A DNA stretch of 64,000 bases, from positions 32,001 to 96,000 of the forward strand of contig CAWIEK010000050.1 of NCBI GenBank assembly GCA_963835065.1, in the 5' to 3' direction. The DNA comes from an uncultured Chthonomonadaceae bacterium (GTDB taxonomy: Bacteria > Armatimonadota > Chthonomonadetes > Chthonomonadales > Chthonomonadaceae). Below, piece after piece: positions 29,628-40,199 of this stretch. Position 1 is the first letter of the stretch. Every line of letters starts with the position of its first letter. The notes beneath the pieces are model-generated. The model did no database searches. It was given only the letters and a program-made list of their open reading frames with translations, and was not told the DNA's origin. Made by a program: the position numbers and the translations under genes.

Positions 29628-31469
29628 TCATCCTTGCATCTCCGGCCATTGCGTATGCCAGTTTGTGGCGCGTTCGTATGCCAAGCCCAGGCGCAAAATC
29701 GCCGCTTCCTGATACAGATTGCCGACGAACTCGATGGACTGCGGTACGCCTTCCACCAGGCCGCAGCGCGTAATCAGCGTGGGATGCCCGGTCAGATTGG
29801 TGTAAACGAGGGTAGGGCCGTGAAAAGGAACGGTCACGTAACAGTCAATATCGGCGAACGTTTGCGCCATTTCCTGCTGCAAGCGCGTTCGCAGGCGCAT
29901 GGCCTGCAAATAATCGGACGCGGGAATGGTGCTGCCGATGCGGAAGGTATTGGGCCAACTGCCGTCTTCCTGCTGCGCCAGTTCGTCCAGTTTGCCGCTT
30001 GCCGACAGTTTATCGAATGCCGCCGCGCCCTCCGCGTCAATGGTCAGCCAGGCAATCGGCTGGTACATGGCCGCGTTTTTAGGGAGTTTAATGGGAACGG
30101 GCGTGACGCCCAGTTTGTGCAAAACTGCCAGCGCATCCGCATACGTTTGCGCCCGCTTGGTTTCCTTGCCGACCGCATCGAACGCGGCCTGGTCTATCCC
30201 GACGCGCAGTTTTTTCAGGGGCAGGTTGGGGTTCCAGCGAAACGGCACATCCGCTACAGTGGTGTCGCGTCCGTCCGGCCCGTAAATGGCGTTCAGGACA
30301 AGGGCGCAGTCTTCCACGCTCCGGCACATCGGCCCGATTTTGTCCATCGTCCATGACAGGGGCATGGCTCCATAACGCGAAACGCGCCCAAACGTGGGAC
30401 GCAGACCCGTCACGCCATTGCGCACGGACGGGCTGACGATGCTTCCCAACGTTTCCGTGCCGATGCTAAAACCAAGCAGTCCTGCCGCCGTCGCGCTGCC
30501 CGGTCCCGCTGAGGAACCGCTCGAACCCTGCTTGGTGTTCCACGGGTTGCGGGTCATGCCGCCAAACCACACATCGCCCATCGCCAGTTCGCCCATCGTC
30601 AGTTTGGCGACAAGCACCGCGCCCGCCGCTTCCAATCGCTCCACAACCGTCGCGTCGTAATCGAAAATCTGATGCTCATACGGCTTTGCGCCCCAGGTCG
30701 TGGGAATGTGGCGCGTGGCGAGCAGGTCTTTCGCGCCCCAGGGGATGCCGTGCAGCGCGCCCCGGTATTTCCCCGCCGCCATTTCCCGATCCGCGCGCTC
30801 CGCCTGCGACAAAGCCAGCTCTTCGGTCAGGTTCACGACATTGAGCAGGCGCGGGCCGTAACGCTTCAGCCGTTCCAAATACATGCGCGTCAACTGCATG
30901 GACGTGATCTTGCCGGCGCGTATCAGGCTGGACAGTTCCCCCACGCTTGCAAACGCGAGGCTTTCCGCATTGCCGTCATAAGCGGGCAAAGGAACGCGGC
31001 TCTGGCGAAAAGAACCTTTCCCTGTGGGAAACTTCATACCCGGCAATTGCGGGTCGAAACGGACGGCGGGCGCAAGCAGGGGATCGGTATCGCCCTTGCG
31101 CAGCGCCTGCATGTTCTGCCGAATGTCGGTCAGCGAACGCGCCATCTGTTCGCGCTGCTTGTCCGTATAAGCGCGTCCCGCCAATTTGTCGGCAGCCGCA
31201 ATGTCGGCAGGCGTGATTGCATCAGCAGGAGCGGCGGGCGTTGGCGTTTCCTGCGTTTCTTCCCCGCCGGCGGTGGCAGCCGTTCCCGCCAACCCCGCCG
31301 CCACAAGCCCCTTCACAAAATCCCGACGGCCTACTTTCTTACCATCACCGGTTTTGGCGCGGCTTTTCGCAGTGGGAACTGTGGCTTCCGGCGCGTCGGC
31401 AACGTTTTCCCCGGCAGAGTTTACTGTCGCAGAGTTGTTTGCATCAAGCGTGGTATGTTTCTTCGGCAA
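29628..31469 (-). CDS. Amidase signature family protein (GatA-like) with Tat-like signal
   Basis: GALHGIPWGAKD, GSSGSSAG, GTETLGSIVSPS; RRDFVKG. Confidence 0.93.
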   Translation of the reverse strand: MPKKHTTLDANNSATVNSAGENVADAPEATVPTAKSRAKTGDGKKVGRRDFVKGLVAAGLAGTAATAGGEETQETPTPAAPADAITPADIAAADKLAGRAYTDKQREQMARSLTDIRQNMQALRKGDTDPLLAPAVRFDPQLPGMKFPTGKGSFRQSRVPLPAYDGNAESLAFASVGELSSLIRAGKITSMQLTRMYLERLKRYGPRLLNVVNLTEELALSQAERADREMAAGKYRGALHGIPWGAKDLLATRHIPTTWGAKPYEHQIFDYDATVVERLEAAGAVLVAKLTMGELAMGDVWFGGMTRNPWNTKQGSSGSSAGPGSATAAGLLGFSIGTETLGSIVSPSVRNGVTGLRPTFGRVSRYGAMPLSWTMDKIGPMCRSVEDCALVLNAIYGPDGRDTTVADVPFRWNPNLPLKKLRVGIDQAAFDAVGKETKRAQTYADALAVLHKLGVTPVPIKLPKNAAMYQPIAWLTIDAEGAAAFDKLSASGKLDELAQQEDGSWPNTFRIGSTIPASDYLQAMRLRTRLQQEMAQTFADIDCYVTVPFHGPTLVYTNLTGHPTLITRCGLVEGVPQSIEFVGNLYQEAAILRLGLAYERATNWHTQWPEMQG

Positions 31470-31511
31470 TGTTCTTCCTCACAAGATCAAAAATAGAGTT
31501 GATTTTCAATA

Positions 31512-32444
31512 TCACCGCCGCTTGGGAACCGCTAATCCCTGCGCGGCTTCCTGCGGGTCGAGTTGAAAACTGTCGGTAAGCAGGCGCTTTGTTTCTTCGG
31601 AAGGCGCGGCTCCGTGTTTTTCCAGCAGGCTGACCAGTGTTTGCAGGGGCTTCAACTGCCTTCCAAACTGGCGCGTAACCATTTGCGGCGTCGGGCTTGC
31701 GGCCCGGAAGGGAGCGCCCGGCGCGGTCGGCAGCGCCGCAGGATGCGCGGATTTTGGCGCGGCAATTGCGGTCATATAAGCCGCCAGCCATTGGCGATGA
31801 ACATCGGCGGCGAGAACAGCAAGCGCGTCCAGCGGCGTTTGTCCCTCCCCGTTGGCAAGGTTGGGATTTGCGCCATGCTCCAGCAGCAGAGCGCAACTCA
31901 CAGGATTCTTCTGGTTTACGGCAAGATACAGCGCGGTGTTACCCGGCTGGTTCTGGTGGTTGACATCGGCATGGGCGTTGAGCAGGTCAATCAGAATATC
32001 GCGCTCGTTGTGTTCAACGGCGTACATTAAGGGCGTACTGCCCACGCCGTCCGCCGCTTCCACATTCGCGCCACGCGCCAGCAGTTCTTCGGTCAGCGCC
32101 TTGCGGCTGTACGCGACGGCAAGCGCCAGCAGGGGAACGCTGTTCGCCGGGGCTTCAGGTGTTTTGCCGTGCAGCCGCGCGCTGATTCTGGATGCGACAC
32201 CGGCAGGCAACGGCTTGCGCGTTTGAATATCGAAGCGCAGGTTGGCGTCAGCCCCCTGTTTCAGCAGCGTAATGGCTTGCGCTTCCTGTCCATTATACGT
32301 GGCGTCAATCAAGCCCGTATGCAGGCGTTCCCGGCGCGGCAGGGCGACGGTCAGATACAGCAGCGCGGCAATGATGAGCGCGAGAAAAGCAGTCAGTATC
32401 ATTCGCAGGCGAAGAGGTCGTTTCATGTCAAAATTGTACACCAT
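31512..32444 (-). CDS. Membrane-anchored ankyrin repeat protein
   Basis: GSTPLMYAV, GNTALYLAV, LLEHGANPN, GQTPL. Confidence 0.9.
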   Translation of the reverse strand: MVYNFDMKRPLRLRMILTAFLALIIAALLYLTVALPRRERLHTGLIDATYNGQEAQAITLLKQGADANLRFDIQTRKPLPAGVASRISARLHGKTPEAPANSVPLLALAVAYSRKALTEELLARGANVEAADGVGSTPLMYAVEHNERDILIDLLNAHADVNHQNQPGNTALYLAVNQKNPVSCALLLEHGANPNLANGEGQTPLDALAVLAADVHRQWLAAYMTAIAAPKSAHPAALPTAPGAPFRAASPTPQMVTRQFGRQLKPLQTLVSLLEKHGAAPSEETKRLLTDSFQLDPQEAAQGLAVPKRR

Positions 32445-32726
32445 TTTCCGCCGGATGTCTCGTCTTCAAACGTGCCGTTCAGAGCCGGCGCATCAAAAAC
32501 GTTCAACACCTCTCTTATTGTAGGTCATTCGCCCCCGGTTTGCGCCTGCTCCCTCCTCCGGGACAACCAACCCAAAAAGAACGCGCATAAAAGTAGAAAA
32601 ATATCTACATAAACAGCACAAATAACGAACCTTTTCTGTCTCTGTCTCGTCTAAATACATACGCACGTCTACATAATAGAGACTGCTAACTAGCCAGGTG
32701 GCGGGACGTTGAAAGATCATAGTTCC

Positions 32727-32757
32727 TATCAACTATCAACTATCAACTATCAACTAA
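32727..32757 (+). repeat. (TCAACTA)n heptamer array
   Basis: Four copies. The reverse-complement array is at 44296-44323. Confidence 0.8.
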
Positions 32758-33050
32758 CCCGGAAGGGAGGTGCTGGAAGATGCCTGTACACTCTCCCCGT
32801 TCGCCCTGACGCTTACGAGGTCGCGACGCCTCTCTCCTACAACCTGACACAACGAGACAGCGGGCTGGAAGCGCTGCATTGCCAAGATTTCGACGCTGCC
32901 TCTACATACTCTTTTTCTTTTTCCGTTTCAAGGTCCCCGCCCTGACGTGCCGTTACCTGCGAACCTGCGAATTTAAGGCAGGAATTGGCAGGCCACAACG
33001 TGAAACATACTTCGTCGGCGGAAGGAAGTTGGCGGAGGGAACAAGGGAAT

Positions 33051-34121
33051 ATGAACATTACGATAAAGCGATTTGCTGTGACCAAGCGTTATCCGCTGAC
33101 CATCAGCCGGGGAACCAGTACCGGCTCGGAAAATCTGCTCGTGACGGTGGAGCAGGAGGGCATTACGGGCATCGGGGAAATGGCTCCCACGTCCGGCGGC
33201 GCGATACCGGAAACAGCGGACACGGCGCAAGCCTGTCTGCAACGCTGGCGTCCGTTGCTGGAAAGCGTTTCTCCCTGGGAGATGCAGCGCGTCGAAACCT
33301 TGCTCAACGTTCAGGAGGGGGAACGGGCGGCGTTTTGCGGATTGGATTGCGCCCTGCACGACTGGCAGGGCAAGCGGCTGCAACTGCCCGTCTGGAAACT
33401 GCTCGGACTGGATGTTTCCACCCTGCCGCCCACATCGCTCACCATCGGCATCAATCCGCCCGATGTGATCCGCGTCCGCGTTCCCGAACTGCTGGCGCGT
33501 ACCGGGGCGAAGTTTCTGAAAGTCAAATTAGGCAACCCGCAGGGGATCGCGGCGGACAAGGCCAGTGTGGAAGCGGCGCAGGAAGCGGCGCAGGCGTTTG
33601 CGCAGGAAACAGGGCATCCCCCTGTCGGCTGGCGCATAGACGCCAACGGCGGCTGGACGGTGCGGGAAGCGCAGCACATGCTTGCCTGGCTTGCCGAACG
33701 GGGCGTATTGTTTGTGGAGCAGCCCCTGCCTCGCGGGCGCGAAGCGGATTTGAAAACCCTGCACAAGAACGCGCCCTTGCCCCTCTATGTAGATGAAAGC
33801 GTTCGCACGTGCCGCGATATTCCGCCACTGGCAAAGTATGTGGACGGCGTGAATTTGAAACTGATGAAGTGCGGCGGCCTGCGCGAAGCCCTGCGCATCA
33901 TCCACACCGCCCGCGCCCACGACTTGAAACTGATGATCGGCTGCATGTCGGAAACCTCGCTGGCAATCACGGCTGCCGCGCAATTGGGTTCACTCGTGGA
34001 CGAACTCGATCTCGACAGCCATCTCAACCTCAACCCCGATCCGTTTACAGGCGCGGCCTACGCTGAGGGAATTATAACGCCTACAAACGCGCCCGGTTTA
34101 GGCGTTGAGCCTGCACTATGA
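33051..34121 (+). CDS. Dipeptide epimerase (L-Ala-D/L-Glu epimerase, enolase superfamily)
   Basis: LTISRG, KVKLG, DANGGW, EQP, DES, KLMKCGG, GCMSE, DLD. Confidence 0.9.
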   Translation: MNITIKRFAVTKRYPLTISRGTSTGSENLLVTVEQEGITGIGEMAPTSGGAIPETADTAQACLQRWRPLLESVSPWEMQRVETLLNVQEGERAAFCGLDCALHDWQGKRLQLPVWKLLGLDVSTLPPTSLTIGINPPDVIRVRVPELLARTGAKFLKVKLGNPQGIAADKASVEAAQEAAQAFAQETGHPPVGWRIDANGGWTVREAQHMLAWLAERGVLFVEQPLPRGREADLKTLHKNAPLPLYVDESVRTCRDIPPLAKYVDGVNLKLMKCGGLREALRIIHTARAHDLKLMIGCMSETSLAITAAAQLGSLVDELDLDSHLNLNPDPFTGAAYAEGIITPTNAPGLGVEPAL

Positions 34122-34167
34122 ACAACCCAACACCTAATCAATCCTTAACTACGAACGTAATTCTTCA

Positions 34168-34303
34168 CCACCAAGGCGCTAAGAACACCAAGAAGAACGC
34201 GAAAAAGGACGTTGTGAAATTGTAGGCGAGAACGCAAACGTCTCCGGTTCGGTGCCTTTTTAGTTGCCTGTTTTCTCTTGGTGTTCTTGGCGTCTTGGTG
34301 GTG
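34168..34303. repeat. Intergenic palindromic repeat element
   Basis: CACCACCAAGGCGCTAAGAACACCAAG ... CTTGGTGTTCTTGGCGTCTTGGTGGTG. Confidence 0.75.
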
Positions 34304-34336
34304 AAGAGTTATCTATCAACCAAAACGGAGTTTTCC

Positions 34337-35368
34337 ATGACCATACAATGGGGCATTATCGGGTGCGGCGATGTGTGCGAGGTGAAAAGCGGGCCGGCGT
34401 TTCAGAATGTGGAGGGCAGCGCGCTTGTAGCCGTGATGCGGCGGGACGGGGCCAAAGCGAAAGATTTCGCCGAACGGCACGGCGTCGGCTTCTGGTCGGA
34501 CAAAGCGGAAGCTATTATTGCTAATCCACAGGTCAACGCCGTGTATATCGCCACGCCGCCCGGTTCGCACCTGGAATACGCGCTCCAGTCCTGCGCCGCG
34601 GGAAAGCCCGCGTATATCGAAAAGCCGATGGCGCGGAGCGCGGGGGAGTGCCGGGAAATGACTGCCGCCTTCGATAAAGCCGGCCTGCCGCTGTTTGTCG
34701 CCTATTATCGCCGCGCCCTGCCACGCTTTATCAAGGCAAAGGAACTGATTGAAAGCGGGCGTATCGGGCAGGTGACGGGGGTTTCCTACCGATTTTCGTC
34801 GCCTATGCACCGGGACATGAACCCCGCGCATTTGCCCTGGCGCGTGGCTGCGGAAGAATCAGGAGGAGGCGTGTTTCTCGACCTGGGCTGCCATACGCTC
34901 GACATTCTGGGTTTCATGCTCGGCCCGCTGCAAGACGCGCGGGGCAATGCGGTCAATCTTGCCAGTCCGTACGCTGTGGAAGACAGCGTTGCCATGCAGT
35001 TTCGCACAACAAACGGCGCGTTGGGCGTGGCGCAGTGGAATTTTGCCGGCCACGTCCGCGAAGATGTCATAGAAATATCCGGCACGGACGGGCGCCTATC
35101 GCTGTCTACATTCAGCAATGAGCCGGTGCAGGTGCAGTCGCAGTCCGGTGACGAGGCGTTAGACCTGCCCAACCCGCGCCACATACAGCAGCCCCTCATC
35201 CAAACCATCGTCAATCAACTCAACGGGCAAGGGGAATGTCCAAGCACGGGGCATACGGCAACCCGCACATCGGAAATAATAGACACGGTGCTGTCCGACT
35301 ATTACAACGGACGCGACGACGCCTTCTGGGCGCGCCCGCAAACCTGGAAACGGAACAGCCGTGAGTAA
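34337..35368 (+). CDS. Gfo/Idh/MocA oxidoreductase
   Basis: WGIIGCG, VYIATPP..H, EKPMA, GGVFLDLGCHTLD. Confidence 0.93.
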   Translation: MTIQWGIIGCGDVCEVKSGPAFQNVEGSALVAVMRRDGAKAKDFAERHGVGFWSDKAEAIIANPQVNAVYIATPPGSHLEYALQSCAAGKPAYIEKPMARSAGECREMTAAFDKAGLPLFVAYYRRALPRFIKAKELIESGRIGQVTGVSYRFSSPMHRDMNPAHLPWRVAAEESGGGVFLDLGCHTLDILGFMLGPLQDARGNAVNLASPYAVEDSVAMQFRTTNGALGVAQWNFAGHVREDVIEISGTDGRLSLSTFSNEPVQVQSQSGDEALDLPNPRHIQQPLIQTIVNQLNGQGECPSTGHTATRTSEIIDTVLSDYYNGRDDAFWARPQTWKRNSRE

Positions 35369-35593
35369 CTTGTGCCCTTGTCTTGAACCATGATTTTCAG
35401 GATTAACGGATTACCATGATTGAGGAGGCGCATCATGGTAATCTTCTAATTCTGTTTTTCGTTTATTTCGCATGTTTAGCGGTTCCCCTCTCATCTTCTT
35501 CTCTTCTTTATCTTCTTCTTTTCTCTGTGACCCCTCTGTGTCTCTGTGTCTCTGTGGTGAACTTGCATCCGCGTTCATTATCCGGTAGGCAGG

Positions 35594-38026
35594 TCAGGCC
35601 GCTTGTGGAAGGTCGCTTGGCTCTTCTTGGCTTGCTTTCCGAGGGCTGCCGGTGTCTTCGGAAGCGGCTATTGTCCATTGCGGCTGTTGTAGGAGGGCAT
35701 CGAACGCAAGTCCGGGGATTGGTTTGGCGAAGAGATACCCCTGCCCGAAATCACAGCCCAGGGCCTGCAATTGCGCAAGTTGCTCGGAACTTTCGATGCC
35801 CTCGCCCGTGACGTTGAGGTTCATGGCGCGGCACAGCGTAATGATGGCTTCCACAATGGCACAGGGCTGCGCGCCCCGGCCCATGACACTTACAAAGGCG
35901 CGATCAATTTTTACATTGTCAACGGGCAGCCGCTGCAAATACGACAGCGACGAGTACCCCGTGCCGAAATCATCTACGGAAAGTAGGACGCCTAACGCTT
36001 TGAGCGCGTTCAGGCGGACAATGGCGGCGTCTATATCTTCCATCATCACGCTTTCGGTGATTTCGAGTTTCAAACTGGACGGGGGCAGGCCGGATTCGCG
36101 CAGCGTTTCCGCCACGACGCGGCATAAATCCTCGTTTTGCAGCTGCCGCCCCGAAATGTTGACGCTTATCATAAAGGCTTGGCTTGCGGGATGGTGTTCC
36201 TGCCATATTTTCGCCTGTTGACAGGCTTGTGAGAGCACCCACGCGCCGAGGGGAACAATCAACCCGGTTTCTTCCGCAATGGGAATGAATTTGGCGGGCG
36301 ACACAAGCCCGCGCGTGGGATGCTGCCAGCGGGCGAGAGCTTCGGCTCCGTTGATGACGCCGTTATCCAGGTCTATGATGGGCTGGTAGTAGACGCGAAA
36401 CTCTTCGTTTTCCAGCGCGTGACGGAGGTCGGCTTCTATCTCCACGCGCTCGACAACGCGCTCATTCATGGCGCTGTCAAAAACGGCGTAACTGCCCTTG
36501 CCGTTGAGTTTGGCCTGGTACATGGCCGTGTCCGCGTCGCGCAGAACGGTTTCCGTCCACGCGCATTCCCAATGGCTGACGGCGATGCCGATGCTGCCGG
36601 TAATGAAAACCTCGCGGGACGCAAGCGGAATAGGAACGCGCAGACGCTCCAGAATAGCCTCGGCAATGGGCGTTACTTCTTCCGCGCCGGTAACATTTTC
36701 CAGCAGAATCGTGAACTCGTCCCCGCCCATGCGCGCAACCGTGTCTCCCGAACGCGCGCACTCCTGCAAACATTGGGCGACACTGACCAGCAGTTCGTCG
36801 CCGGCTTCATGGCCGAGGCTGTCATTGATAAACTTGAAATTGTCCAGGTCTATGAACATGATGGCGACGGAACTCTGCAACTGTCGGGCGCGGGCGAGGG
36901 CTTGTTCGAGGCGGTCGTTGAACAGGGCGCGATTGGGCAGGCCGCAAAGTCCGTCGTAGTACGCCTGATGGGTGATTTGCTCTTCCAGTTGCTTGCGCTC
37001 GGAAATGTCTTTCATGAAGCAGTAGTTGCCCTCATACGCGCCCGCCGCATCATAAATCGGGTACAAGACAACGTGTTTGTGAAAGACAAAGCCGTCTTCG
37101 CGCAGCCCCTGGGCTTCGACTTCGATCTTGCCCTGCCGCCGCATCTCGCGGAAGGCTTGTTCCATCTTGGACACATCGCCGTACCAGACGCTGCGCTTCC
37201 AGTTCATGCCGATGAGGGCTTCCGGCGCGCAGCCGAGCATTTCGGCATAAGCCGCGTTGACAGAAAGATAACATCCCTGCGCATCTAACTGCGCAATGCC
37301 GTCCACAACATTTTCCAGAATGGAATTTGTCGCGCGCAGGGAAGCCGTTCGCGCTTCCACAAGGCTTTCCAGATCAAGCTTCTGCCGCTCCATACGCGCG
37401 TCCCGTTCGCAAACGTCCGCCATTTCTTTGTGGCTCGACAGGCAGGAGAGGACGAGAAAAATGTCTTCAAAGACAACCCAACCCGCGTGTTCCAGCCAGC
37501 GCCAGTGTTCGGGCGCGGCGATGCCGTAAATGGACTGCGGCCACCACAGGCCGCGCAAAATATGATCCAGGGCGGTGACAACCGTTCCCGTCAGGATCAC
37601 GCGCCAATCGCGGTAAAAAGCGAGAAACGCCAGCGAGCCGAAAACGTGAAAGTGAGTTTCGATGCGCCCGCCGCACAGATGAATGAGCAGCGCGGACATC
37701 AGCAGTTGTCCCACCGCGACAACGTGGCGAGTCAGCGCCGCGCCGGAATGAAACAAGCACAGGCATACCGGCGGCAGGGTAATAAGACCGCCCAGGAGAA
37801 TGGCAGCCCAGACATGAAGATGGGTTTGGCTGGTGGTTCCGCTCCACGTCCGCGGCGACAGCCAGAAAGCGGCGCAAATGCCGGCAAGCCATTGAAATAG
37901 CATCAAGCCGGCAAACACGCGGTCAATACGGCGGTAGAGTTGAAGTTCGTGTTTCTGGAGCAGCGTCGCGGCGTGCCGGATAACATCGGGGAACGGTTCG
38001 CTCCCGGCAAACGCATGGGTTGTCAT
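35594..38026 (-). CDS. Membrane sensor-PAS-GGDEF-EAL diguanylate cyclase/phosphodiesterase
   Basis: TM region with GGRIETHFH, PAS domain, GGDEF, EAL, DDFGTGYSSL. Confidence 0.95.
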   Translation of the reverse strand: MTTHAFAGSEPFPDVIRHAATLLQKHELQLYRRIDRVFAGLMLFQWLAGICAAFWLSPRTWSGTTSQTHLHVWAAILLGGLITLPPVCLCLFHSGAALTRHVVAVGQLLMSALLIHLCGGRIETHFHVFGSLAFLAFYRDWRVILTGTVVTALDHILRGLWWPQSIYGIAAPEHWRWLEHAGWVVFEDIFLVLSCLSSHKEMADVCERDARMERQKLDLESLVEARTASLRATNSILENVVDGIAQLDAQGCYLSVNAAYAEMLGCAPEALIGMNWKRSVWYGDVSKMEQAFREMRRQGKIEVEAQGLREDGFVFHKHVVLYPIYDAAGAYEGNYCFMKDISERKQLEEQITHQAYYDGLCGLPNRALFNDRLEQALARARQLQSSVAIMFIDLDNFKFINDSLGHEAGDELLVSVAQCLQECARSGDTVARMGGDEFTILLENVTGAEEVTPIAEAILERLRVPIPLASREVFITGSIGIAVSHWECAWTETVLRDADTAMYQAKLNGKGSYAVFDSAMNERVVERVEIEADLRHALENEEFRVYYQPIIDLDNGVINGAEALARWQHPTRGLVSPAKFIPIAEETGLIVPLGAWVLSQACQQAKIWQEHHPASQAFMISVNISGRQLQNEDLCRVVAETLRESGLPPSSLKLEITESVMMEDIDAAIVRLNALKALGVLLSVDDFGTGYSSLSYLQRLPVDNVKIDRAFVSVMGRGAQPCAIVEAIITLCRAMNLNVTGEGIESSEQLAQLQALGCDFGQGYLFAKPIPGLAFDALLQQPQWTIAASEDTGSPRKASQEEPSDLPQAA

Positions 38027-38269
38027 CAGCAATTTCTCAGAGAGTTTCTTTGGAGATTAAGCGAACACCGGCAGGAAGGCCGCAGCCAATCAGCAGTGTC
38101 ACTTCATAATGAATTATCGGCATGAGAAGCGCTTCCCTTCATGCCTCCAACAGACTTAAACAAGGAAATATTTATTAAAATCGGAGGAAAGATGCTTGTG
38201 TCAAGAAAAAGCCATGAACGCATTGAGGAAAGACGTTCGTGCTATACTAATTCAGGAGGGAGTGTACCA

Positions 38270-39668
38270 ATGATTACTTCACTGCGAATAGCAAACTTCA
38301 AAGCATGGAAAGATACCGGCGAGTTTCGCCTTGCCCCGATTACGGGCTTTTTCGGCACGAACAGTTCCGGCAAAACCAGTATTCTGCAGTTTCTTCTCAT
38401 GCTAAAGCAAACTGTTGAGTCTCCTGACAGACAGGAAGTTCTTAACTTTGGAAACTATCAGGAACCGCTTGTTTCGTTAGGAAGCTTTAAAAATGTGGTC
38501 TTTCGGACAGCCAACGGTGATACAGCGCAACCTACTATTACCGAGCAGCCACTCAAACGCGAATTGCTTGACATCGAATGGAGTTTGTCGTGGGAATTGG
38601 GCGGTACACAGGTACTGGATGAAAATACAGAAATTGATGCGCTTCGTTTTGGGGCTTCTGTTGGCGAGTTGAGGCAGAGTATCGGTATGGAAGTAGGCGC
38701 GAAAAAATTTGAGTACCAATACTGCAACCTTGAAATCCGGCAGCAGCGAAAGCGTAGGTATGCAATACATGGATGATTCCAAGTACCAGTTGATTGTCAA
38801 TGATCAGCCCATCAGGGATAATCAGGCTAATAATACAAGATTTCGTCGGCCCGTGAAATGCTATGGTTTCCCGCCGCAAGTCGCTGCTGACAACCAACAA
38901 ATTTCATACCTTGATACTCTGGAACTGTACTTTACGCTATTGTTTAACGATATGTATTATCTGGGGCCATTGCGGGATGCGCCTCAGCGCGAGTACCGGC
39001 GGACGGGTACAACCGTTTCAGACGTAGGCAAGCGCGGGGAAAGAACAATAGACGCTTTGCTGGCTTCAGAAGGAACCGGCTCACAACATCGAACCGCGCG
39101 AACACTGGAAGGGCAAGTTGCTTACTGGCTGCGCCAACTGGGGCTGATTGAAGATTTTCGGGTAAAGCCAATCTCCCAATCAAGCGGCTTGTATGGTGTT
39201 GAAGTACGTAAGACAGCAGACTCTCCGTATGTCTTTCTCCCGGATGTAGGCTTCGGCGTCTCGCAGGTGCTGCCTGTAATCGCTTTGTGCTACTATGCGC
39301 CGATGGGTTCTATCCTCCTTCTCGAACAACCCGAACTGCATTTGCATCCCGCCGTGCAATCGGGCCTTGCAGACATGTTGATTGCAGCCGCGAAAGAACG
39401 GCATCTGCAAATCATTCTGGAGAGTCACAGCGAACATTTGCTGGCGCGACTGCAGCGCCGCGTCGCTGAAGAAGCCATCCCGCGTGACGACGTACAACTC
39501 TACTTTTGTAAACGCGAGGCGGCTGCGGCACATTTGGAGCCATTACAGATGAACAACTTCGGCTTCATTACGAACTGGCCTAAAAACTTTTTTGGCGATG
39601 AATTGGAGGAAAGGTCGGCAATGATGCTTGCCGCTCTTGCTCGCCGCGAAAAAGGAGAGGCCGAGTGA
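38270..39668 (+). CDS. AAA_21/ABC-type ATPase with DUF3696, frameshifted near 38720
   Basis: NFKAW, Walker A GTNSSGKT, DVGFGVSQVLP, LEQPELHLHP, ESHSEH, WPKNFF. Confidence 0.88.
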
Positions 39669-40174
39669 CAGGAACCGGAGTTGTTACAGATACCAACGTG
39701 CTTCTTACGGCCAACGGAAACAACGAGAAGGCTGCTCTGAGTTGCGTTCGAATTTGTGTCCTGACACTTCTACAAATACAATCCGGCAGCATGGGGTTTG
39801 TAGTAGTTGACAATGGATTTCGTATTGTCAGTGAGTACAACAACAAACTGACTCCCTATACCGGGCAATTGCCCGGTGACGTGTTTCTAACATGGTTGTT
39901 GACCAACTTGTACGACCCTACTGTTTGTGAGAGGGTAGAGATAGTACAGAATCATCAGAGCAATGATCCCAATGACTTCATAGAGTTTCCTGCCGATCCC
40001 GCGCTGGCAAAATTTGACGCTTCCGATAGAAAATTCATTGCCGTTGCGCTCACCAGTCAATACAAACCGGATATTTTGAACGCAACCGATAGCGACTGGC
40101 GTAATTTTCTTGAAGCGTTGCAGGCAAATGGCATAACCGTAAGATTTCTATGCCCGGAAAGCATGCCAACGTAA
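39665..40174 (+). CDS. PIN-like domain protein coupled to the ATPase
   Basis: VVTDTNVL, SEY, DASDRKFIAVA, ATDSDW. Overlaps the ATPase stop (GTGA). Confidence 0.7.
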   Translation: MTGTGVVTDTNVLLTANGNNEKAALSCVRICVLTLLQIQSGSMGFVVVDNGFRIVSEYNNKLTPYTGQLPGDVFLTWLLTNLYDPTVCERVEIVQNHQSNDPNDFIEFPADPALAKFDASDRKFIAVALTSQYKPDILNATDSDWRNFLEALQANGITVRFLCPESMPT

Positions 40175-40199
40175 GAATCAGTCACAATCGGAATAATGT

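Noticed and set aside
28711..32444. Ankyrin genes as part of the retron system
   Set aside because: They are membrane-anchored, flank an amidase, and lie upstream of the array; nothing in the sequence links them to the retron.
32760..33050. Riboswitch or ncRNA in the long leader of the dipeptide epimerase
   Set aside because: I could not recognise any aptamer consensus or consistent fold; an Rfam search is needed.
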